Below, piece after piece: positions 55,305-64,000 of a stretch of 64,000 nucleotides of DNA (position 1 is the first letter of the stretch; each line of letters begins with the position of its first letter). The stretch is from the human T2T-CHM13v2.0 reference genome, Homo sapiens. The notes beneath the pieces are model-generated. The model was not told the origin of the DNA, searched no databases, and saw only the letters and a list, made by a program, of their open reading frames with translations. Where the stretch lies: the NCBI RefSeq assembly GCF_009914755.1, contig NC_060935.1. One strand, 5' to 3'. Position numbers and translations under genes: made by a program.

Positions 55305-56279
55305 ATGCAGAAGCCCCAGCTCTTGGTCCCTATCATAGCCACTTCAAATGGAAATCTGGTCCACGCAGCATACTTCCTTTTGGTGGGTATCCCTGGCCTG
55401 GGGCCTACCATACACTTTTGGCTGGCTTTCCCACTGTGTTTTATGTATGCCTTGGCCACCCTGGGTAACCTGACCATTGTCCTCATCATTCGTGTGGAGA
55501 GGCGACTGCATGAGCCCATGTACCTCTTCCTGGCCATGCTTTCCACTATTGACCTAGTCCTCTCCTCTGTCACCATGCCCAAGATGGCCAGTCTTTTCCT
55601 GATGGGCATCCAGGAGATCGAGTTCAACATTTGCCTGGCCCAGATGTTCCTTATCCATGCTCTGTCAGCCGTGGAGTCAGCTGTCCTGCTGGCCATGGCT
55701 TTTGACCGCTTTGTGGCCATTTGCCACCCATTGCGCCATGCTTCTGTGCTGACAGGGTGTACTGTGGCCAAGATTGGACTATCTGCCCTGACCAGGGGGT
55801 TTGTATTCTTCTTCCCACTGCCCTTCATCCTCAAGTGGTTGTCCTACTGCCAAACACATACTGTCACACACTCCTTCTGTCTGCACCAAGATATTATGAA
55901 GCTGTCCTGTACTGACACCAGGGTCAATGTGGTTTATGGACTCTTCATCATCCTCTCAGTCATGGGTGTGGACTCTCTCTTCATTGGCTTCTCATATATC
56001 CTCATCCTGTGGGCTGTTTTGGAGCTGTCCTCTCGGAGGGCAGCACTCAAGGCTTTCAACACCTGCATCTCCCACCTCTGTGCTGTTCTGGTCTTCTATG
56101 TACCCCTCATTGGGCTCTCGGTGGTGCATAGGCTGGGTGGTCCCACCTCCCTCCTCCATGTGGTTATGGCTAATACCTACTTGCTGCTACCACCTGTAGT
56201 CAACCCCCTTGTCTATGGAGCCAAGACCAAAGAGATCTGTTCAAGGGTCCTCTGTATGTTCTCACAAGGTGGCAAGTGA
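55305..56279 (+). CDS. OR51D1: Class I olfactory receptor 51D1 (324 aa)
   Basis: LHEPMY, MAFDRFVAICHPLRH, HSFCLHQD, KAFNTCISH, VHRL and PPVVNPLVY motifs; N-terminus MQKPQLLVP recognised. Confidence 0.93.
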   Translation: MQKPQLLVPIIATSNGNLVHAAYFLLVGIPGLGPTIHFWLAFPLCFMYALATLGNLTIVLIIRVERRLHEPMYLFLAMLSTIDLVLSSVTMPKMASLFLMGIQEIEFNICLAQMFLIHALSAVESAVLLAMAFDRFVAICHPLRHASVLTGCTVAKIGLSALTRGFVFFFPLPFILKWLSYCQTHTVTHSFCLHQDIMKLSCTDTRVNVVYGLFIILSVMGVDSLFIGFSYILILWAVLELSSRRAALKAFNTCISHLCAVLVFYVPLIGLSVVHRLGGPTSLLHVVMANTYLLLPPVVNPLVYGAKTKEICSRVLCMFSQGGK

Positions 56280-56879
56280 GACACCTTAGTGTCTCGCTTC
56301 TACTACTACTACAGAAGATGGGAATATTAGGATCCTATTGAATGCCTTGGTGATTAAAGTATCAAACCTACTGTGCTGTCTTCTTCCAGCAATTTAAGTA
56401 GATCATGTATTCTGTCTCCAGGAATGTGTCAGTACTGAACTTATGACCCTGTCTGGACATCCTGGAGAATGACTGCACTAGTCCCTCTGCTATGGTGGTC
56501 TTGCCTTCTCCTTCTCTCTCAGCTAGAAAATACATCTAGTTTTGACATGGGGAGGCTGTAAAGATCACACCTCATGGTTCATTCCAGTTTTGAAGTATGA
56601 TTTTAATGTTCTTGCCCCCATGTGCCCATGTTGGTGAATTTGCATGGACTATAAACGTTATTGCAAATACCCTAAAGTGGTTACCCAGCCATAATCAGGG
56701 GTTAATGAAGGTATTTGGGGAATAGTAACTGGAGAGACAGCAACAAGACAAGAGGCAGCTCACATGCAATGTTGAAGTTTCTGTATGCAAGAGGGTGTGT
56801 TGGCAGATTTGTGAAATCTGCCCATTTGCATCTGTATGGCTCTATATGACTATTTGTCCATAAGGGTGCCATGTATTCT

Positions 56880-57520
56880 GGTTGTGGGTGTGAATGTGTG
56901 GGTGTGTTTATGTGGACACTTGCTTTTCAGTGTGCGTATATGTGAGAGAGAGGGTGCACACATGGAATACGTACTGGTTGTGTCCTGGTGAGTGTGGTAG
57001 CTATGTCCTGGCACATGTATGTTTCATGAGACGTGTCTCTGATTGCGCATTTGTATTTCTGTGGTATCTGTTAGTTGGTATATGATATGTGTCTACGTGA
57101 GAATGCTGGTGTCTGTATCTGCATGGTGGGCAGTACCTTTATGTGTATCTGGTAAGAATGCTGCCTCTACCTTTTCTTCCTATTTGTACTATGTGAATGT
57201 GGTGCATGAATGTGTGGAATGTGTGGAATGTGTAGTATTGGGATGCCTGTATCTTTCAGCGTGTTTGGGTGTATGTCCACTGTGCATAATATTTGAGATG
57301 TAAAACCATTTTGTGCGGTATATGTGTTATTAGTTGTAAGTCGGTGAAATGTACATCTGAATTCTGTGTGCATATTGTTGGTACTGATGCTATTTTCGTG
57401 CATATGTCTAGTGTATATGTTTTAAGGCAAACTTTCTTTGTGTGTTGGGTGTGTATGTGACACGAATGGGGACAGCATCTGTATTTCTGAGCATGGATTG
57501 ATGTGTGGTGTCTGTATGTA
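56880..57520. repeat. Degenerate TG/TATG-rich low-complexity tract downstream of OR51D1
   Basis: Strong T/G strand skew without a perfect unit. Confidence 0.75.
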
Positions 57521-57831
57521 TCTTGGAATGGAGGAGGGAGATTGAAGAAGTCTGGCTGTGAGCAGCAGAAATAATTTCCAAAGTTGAGTGACATGACTCT
57601 AAGATGCCCAGTTTCTCGGCCTGGGGTCAGCCTGGGTGATAGCTCAGTCTGTCAGAATGAAAGGAAACACGGTGCTTCCTTGCTCCACCTTTTCACAGGC
57701 CAGACCACACCTTCTTCATCCTGAACACAAGGATTTCAAGGGCTTTTGTTACCTCTTCCTACGTTTCCTGCCTCTGCTATCCGAGGCACTGGCCTCCCTA
57801 AACCCTGCCCTCCTGCCTCAATAGCAAGTCA

Positions 57832-58115
<284 letters not shown>

Positions 58116-59455
58116 CTAATCCCTCTGGGAAAGCAAGGGTGGAGGGGAAGCCAGTCAATCTCCCTTCTGTTGCCGCATGGAAACTCCCTTAAGGCAGGAA
58201 GCTGAAAAAACTGTAGCATTCACCTCATTATTCACCTTGTCTCATGTCTCACTGTCCTTCCACATGTCTCATTGTTACTCCATATTGGATGGAAGTAGAA
58301 GTCCCTTTGGTATTTTTTAAAGTCTTTGCCATGTCTAAGTTAATGAGGTTAATGGAGGCAGCAGAGATGGCTCCAGGGTTCTGATAGCAAGTGTCAGGCT
58401 GCGTGCTCTGTAGGCACCAGAAACTGTTGTCACCAGTAATTTTGATGTGGTCTGAGTTAGAATGGTCTGATTTGCCATGATCTATTTAACATAGCTTGAT
58501 TTAGCGTGTCCTGTGTTCTGAATTTAAAACTCACAGTTGTGAAACTGATCAGTAAAAAATAAGGGGAGACCAACTAAAAACCATGTTGTTCTATTTATAG
58601 ATGTAGTTTTTACTTATTTCAAAATACGAGGTATTTAGTTTTACATTCAAATTGTTCTCTAACTCTCTAAAATGTTCTCTGACTATTTTTGCCCTTAAGG
58701 GAGAAACCAGATGTCATTGGTCTTACGTGGCTGGTGTTGGGGGTGGGGAGGGTTAAAGAAACCACGTCCTCTGTCCTCAGCCAGAAGTTCAGTAATCCAA
58801 GGCCAGAGAGTGGACGGCAGAGGCACTGTCCCTGGGGACCTTGGTTATAAGTTATCCAGACACAGGGACCAGAGCCTGGGAGACAAAAAAAGATGTAGCC
58901 CTAGGGCTTTGGGAAAAGGAGGATGGACCCAGTGAATTCCACGCTTAGCAAGGACCTAAACAGTGTCCCCCAAATGAGAGAAGGGAGGACAGAAAGAACA
59001 CTTCAGGATGGAAATGGGCTGACACTTAACCGTGGAGTGTCTCTGCAAACTTCCTTTGCCATTCTCCTGTTTGAGTTTGATAAACCTGAGAAGAGACTTG
59101 GATAAAGACCGTCACGAAGACTACACTAATGAGTTTCTTCTAGCTTTTTTCTACTCACTTTCCCTATCTATCCTTCACATTGGGAGTTGGCATGAGGATC
59201 CCAGCAGCCCATCAGGGGAGGACTCTAGAGATCCCTTTCCCCATTGCCTCTCCTCCCCATACCCCCAGGCATATCCTCCCAGGGCACGGAAGCTGAGAAG
59301 CAGTCCAGAACCACAGTGGGCTAGTGAGGGGTACCTGCTGATGTACCCTTTGGACAGCATTCTGCCCCACCCTGCAGGAAGAAGCAGAAGGAGGGAGAGG
59401 GTGAGGCAGAGAATAAATAACCCTGACCAGGGAGGTCCAAGGGAGTAGGCGGAGA

Positions 59456-59545
59456 CAGAGAGGCTGTATTTCAGTGCAGCCTGCCAGACCTCTTCTGGAG
59501 GAAGACTGGACAAAGGGGGTCACACATTCCTTCCATACGGTTGAG
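59456..59545 (+). other. OR51E1: OR51E1 non-coding exon 1; the CDS lies beyond the window
   Basis: cagagaggctgtatttcag...ccatacggttgag|GTGAGT matches my recall of the OR51E1 cDNA 5'UTR; AATAAATAA at 59412; EBF site TCCCTGGGGA at 58829. Confidence 0.8.
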
Positions 59546-60229
59546 GTGAGTGCAGGAGGCCAGGGGCATGTCCAGGTGCATGGGTTACTTGCAGCTAGGG
59601 GTCTCCTGTTAGACTTGCTGAGTGCATGAGAAGCCAGGCTGTGAAGAACCAGAAGTGGGAGATGTGTAGGAAGCCCCTGACTCAAAGGACAGGCAGCCTT
59701 AGTGATCTCTAGGTTTGTGTGCTGAACAGAAGCATGTGGGTGCTGGAGGTAGCCTAAGGGTAGTTTTCAAGCAGTTTTTCAGTGATTAGTTTACTAGTAT
59801 GCCCATCTGGAGGCTGGCAGGGGCTGATGTGAATGAGGACAGAGGACAGAGGACAGGCTGGGCTGGGGTTAGACTGGGGCTGCATTGGGGTTGGGTTGGG
59901 GTTTGGTGTGTGAGCAGGGTGAACGTGGTTGAAGCTCAGTCTATGACTGGGGATGAGGCTGCAGCTGGGGTGGAAGTGGGGCTCTGAGTGAGGTTGGTTT
60001 CACTGTATGCTGTACATCAGGAGTCAGGCTGTGGCTGAGACTGGGATTTAGTAATCTTCCTGGGGCTCCGATCTCAGCTTGGTCTGTGTCTAGGATCAGG
60101 ATTCAGTCTTCAGCCCATTTAAAAAGTAGATTAGTGTCCACACGGCAACACCCCTTGCCTTGTACTCTTTACCCTAGCTACACTAAGTCACTTTCAGCTT
60201 TCCAAACAAGGTCTGTTCTCTTTCTCTCT

Positions 60230-60800
60230 GGCTCTTTGTATTAGCCAGGATGTATTTTTAAAAACAAACTAGATAAGGTCTGTTGCTGAAATTCCCCCAA
60301 GTCACTCAGAATTAAACCAAAGCTCCTTGCCATACCCTGCAAGACCCTGTTACCTGACGAGGTCCTTGCCTTCCTCCCGCCTCATCTTCTCAAACTCTGT
60401 TGTGCTCTTGATGCTCTGGCCACCTTGACCTTCCTTTTGTTCCATGAATCCCCCAGTATCATTCTTGCTGGGGGACGCTTTTCTCTTGCTGTCTCCCACG
60501 GTTGGAATGCACTTTCCCTGGATCTTAGAATGGCTGGTGTTTTCTCATCACATGTCACATCCTTAAGAGACGGTTTTTCTGACCCCTGTCTCCAGTATGA
60601 GTGTCCTGCACCCATCTTCCTCTGTCCTATCACTCTGTCTTTCTTTCGTGCCCTTATCTTCAACTGAAATTTTATTTGTTTACTTCTCATTATTGGCCTC
60701 GTGTTATATGAGCACCATAAAAGCCATCATCTTGTCTGATTTATCTACTGTTTCATCTCCAGTTTTTGACACTCAATATGTTTTTGTTGTCTAACCGAAT
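60230..60800 (+). mobile_element. L2 3' fragment
   Basis: Typical degraded L2 tail (ctccttgcc..gttggaatgcactttccctg..cactcaatatgtttttgttg). Confidence 0.55.
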
Positions 60801-62837
60801 GCTGCTGTGCCCCGCCCCATTAACTGCCTGTGTCGCTGCCCCATTACCTGCCTGCAGCAGGTCCCGCCACTGCCATGGCTTAAATGTCACCTCCTCAGGG
60901 AAGCCCTTGGAACCTAAAAAGCTTGCTGAGCTATTGTTGTCTTTGCTTCTGAGGCCCTTTTGCTTCCCCTTGTCCCAGAATTTATCATAATGTGCTGTGA
61001 TGGCTGCATATTTGTCTCAATTTCTCCCCATCCTTGGAAGGCTGGAACGATATCTCTGGTACTCAGTGGAGTCTGGCACAGAAGTCCGTCAATGATTATT
61101 GAAAAAATGAGTACACTGATCAAAATCCCACTTTGGGCATTTCCCTTGCCTTACATTTGCTTGCAGCCAGAATAGCTCTACAGGGAACTGGTAACTAGGT
61201 GCAGCTTTGCAGATCTTTAGAACACTTATCTGGTCCTACTCAGGAAGTGGAGGAGCAGAGACCTGAAACCTAGGAACTCTGCCTAGGGGTGATTTTAGGT
61301 GGTCAGGCTGACTTGAGTGACCAGGGTGGGGTGAGGGCTCACTTGGCTTTTTGGGAGTTAGAAGTTGCTCTCTCTCATCTTTCCATTTTCATCTTGGCCA
61401 TTTTAAGAAGAGTGACCAACACCTTGCAAGGGTTCATCTGCTTTATTAAATACAAGCAAGGTGTGGGGCACAGTGGATGCAGATAATTTGAGTGGAAGTC
61501 ATGCTGGGGCTACTACCCTCACTAAGTGTTAGGGAAGGGACTCTATTTAAGAATCAAGTGACAAGCTCCTCCAGTCCTTGCCAGCCACAGCATTGCCCCT
61601 GAGGTCTGCCTTCCCTCTCTGTGCCTGGGATGAGGAGCCAGAGGCTCCCAGGTATGTCTGGGCTTCTCTCCAGGGACATTCTTTTCTAAATATTCCCAGA
61701 GGCTGACAGCAGCGCCAGAGGCCCTCACTCCATTGCTCTGGGCATGAAACATTCTGTGTGTTTAGCCCAGATAGTGACACTGACAATGAATCTCCTCCTG
61801 GTTCTCCTTCCACACTGAACCTAAGTGGGGAGAGCTGGTCATGTGTCCTGAGTCCGAGAGGGGCCCCTGGACTCATGGGTCATCAGTGTTGGATTCCTGA
61901 GAGATTAATATTGAAATAGTGCTTACAAAGCGAAGTCCCTTCTTAAGGAGACATGGGGAGGGGTAGGGCAGTAGCTTGGCCTACTGTAAAGCAATGGATT
62001 TAGCACTAAGGGCTCTAACTAACCCTCAACATCCTTATCTGTCAAATGGGATTAATGATATCTGCTTGACAGGTGGATGAGAGGCTCTAATTAGATAATA
62101 AGGAAATACGTGGTAGAGGACAAGCCTTTTAATCTCCATTGTGGGGCCTACCCACCTCACAGCCTTTGGAGTTAGGGCTGAAAGAGGAGGTGAGTGTCCC
62201 AAGTTCCAGTGCAGAAGAGTCTTCTTTGCAGCCCTCTTGGTTTCCCTTCTAAGAGTATACCCAGGGCAGCTGTGCTACTTACCAAGCCCTTCTTATACCT
62301 TGCCTTTTGGGTGGATTTTATTAGCTTTCAGAAGGTGCAGCAAAATTAAAGGCAGCCTAGAATGAGGGAAAGTGTATAGGCCTTGGTATGAGACTATCTA
62401 GGTTAAGTTTCTGCATTACCAGTCACCTGTTAAACTTTGGTTATGTTATTTAATGTCTTGGAGCCTCAGTTTTCTCACCCATAATATAGAAAGGATCCAT
62501 AGTATTCACCCATAATATAGAGAGGATCCATGGTGCAGCAAGAAGGGATGTTGATGACTTTGGCCCCTTTGCCTGAAGTTCTAGGTTAAATCGGTTTCTC
62601 TGCCTTAAACTTTCCCTCCCAGCAGATTGAATTAAACACCCTCACCTTCTGCAGAGCTGTTCCCAGATTAGAGATAATATTTATACAGATGGCACTGTAT
62701 AGTTTCTGTCATTTTGTAGGTGCTCAATAATCTATGTTCATATTATAAAAACAACAAAATCAGGGTTAAAGGTGACCTCATTGTTCTCTTGGGTCAGAAG
62801 AGATAGGGCTAATAGGCTAATGGTACACCTTTGGAGT

Positions 62838-63638
62838 ACCATCTCACTAAGTTCTAATTACTAACAGCTGCTCAAGCTGGAAGGCCATCTGGAAGTCTTC
62901 TGTCCCTCTGCCTGTCTTGTGGAGGGACTATGGAACATTGGGATGCTTCAGGGCTGGCCAGTCTGAAGGGTGGCACTTGGGCCCTCTGGCTGGCTTCCTC
63001 TCCATCCCTTCATTTCTCTCCTGCTGTCTGGTTTATCTCTCTGACTGCTTTTTCACGGGTCTATGAGAAGGAGTTCTAGGGAAGAATGTGAGGATGGGCT
63101 GGTGAGGGGGGCTGGGCTGGCATTAGGAGACAGAGTTCTGAAGCCCGAGGGAAGGAAGGGAGAGGACTGAAGGCCTCCACGTGGATTTCCAGTCTTTACA
63201 GCTGGGAGCTCCTGTTCCCCTATTCCTGAGAAAAGGTTAAGATGTCCTTCATAGTTCCTGAAGAAACATTCCTGGAACTTGCTAAGATAGTTCAACTTAT
63301 TCACAGAAAATCTCAGCACAGGGCTATTCCTTGGGGATTAGAGCAGTGTGTGAGCTTTCTAAAAAAAAAATGCTTTGTTAGTTTATTTTTTCTTGATTGT
63401 GCCTTATTTTCAAAATAATTTAGTTCCAAGTTCCTCCAGAGCTCAAAACCATCTCACTGAGTTTTAATTACTAACAGCTGCTCAAGCTGGAAGGCCACCT
63501 GGAAGTCATCTGGTCACTCTGCCTGTCTCGTGGAGGGACTGTTGAACATTGGGACGCTTCAGGGCTGGCCAGTCTGAACGGTGGCACTTGAGCTCTCTGG
63601 CTGGCTCCTTCTCCATCCATTCATTTCTCTCCTGCTGT
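62838..63638 (+). repeat. ~190-bp direct repeat: 62838-63027 and 63448-63638
   Basis: About 90% identical by eye, separated by ~420 bp of unrelated sequence. Confidence 0.92.
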
Positions 63639-64000
63639 AGTCTTCTGGGGTCCAGGCTGATATTTTAGCCCCAGCGATAGCTGCCCATTTTATACTGCCT
63701 AGGCACCTCCTTCCCAGGCCAGCTAAATCTTCCTTTTGTTGATTTCTGGTATCTTTGTATCAGTGCCCAGTCTTGCTATTGTGAGAAATTGACTGCTAGT
63801 AAATATGTGTGTGTATGAGTGTGTACATACAGGCCAAGTGGTGATTAAGGTGACAAATTTGGGGAATTGAAAAGTATATGAAATTTCATACATTTTCAGA
63901 GACCTTGTTGCCCATTTTTGTGGAAAACAATGCACTATGTGTACTCCGATTTGGTTTTTACAATTTCTTTAGACATGCCTTATCTCATACAATTTCACAG

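Noticed and set aside
55265-55834. 189-aa antisense ORF, and the 97-aa antisense ORFs over the OR52I genes
   Set aside because: Shadow frames of OR coding sequence; the OR52I pair is similar only because of the duplication
58711-59987. Cluster of 60-157 aa ORFs around the OR51E1 promoter
   Set aside because: No recognisable domains; expected in GC-richer sequence

Overview
Mammalian, almost certainly human, DNA matching the chr11p15.4 class I olfactory-receptor cluster (identity from recall of the proteins, not a database search). Gene order: OR52I2 (+, 2.1-3.2 kb), its tandem duplicate OR52I1 (+, 9.3-10.3 kb), TRIM68 (-, ~14.0-23.5 kb; six coding exons rebuilt by hand give 485 aa), a ~28 kb repeat-dense gap, OR51D1 (+, 55.3-56.3 kb) and the non-coding first exon of OR51E1 (~59.5 kb). 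I found no convincing new multi-gene system and no CRISPR, rRNA or tRNA gene. The best signals are small. They are a 43-bp mitochondrial D-loop insert (50590-50632), a human-type ACG (pre-Ta-like) L1 with a twin-priming inversion and an extra deletion nested in an LTR inside another LTR, a ~100-bp KRT8 3'UTR retrocopy inside an old L1, and a GC-AG intron in TRIM68 with a competing GT. Further candidates are a gene-conversion mosaic between OR52I1 and OR52I2 that spares TM4, an ERV-borne CTCF motif, and a 190-bp non-adjacent duplication in OR51E1 intron 1. Repeat subfamily names are from memory of consensus sequences and need RepeatMasker/Dfam confirmation.
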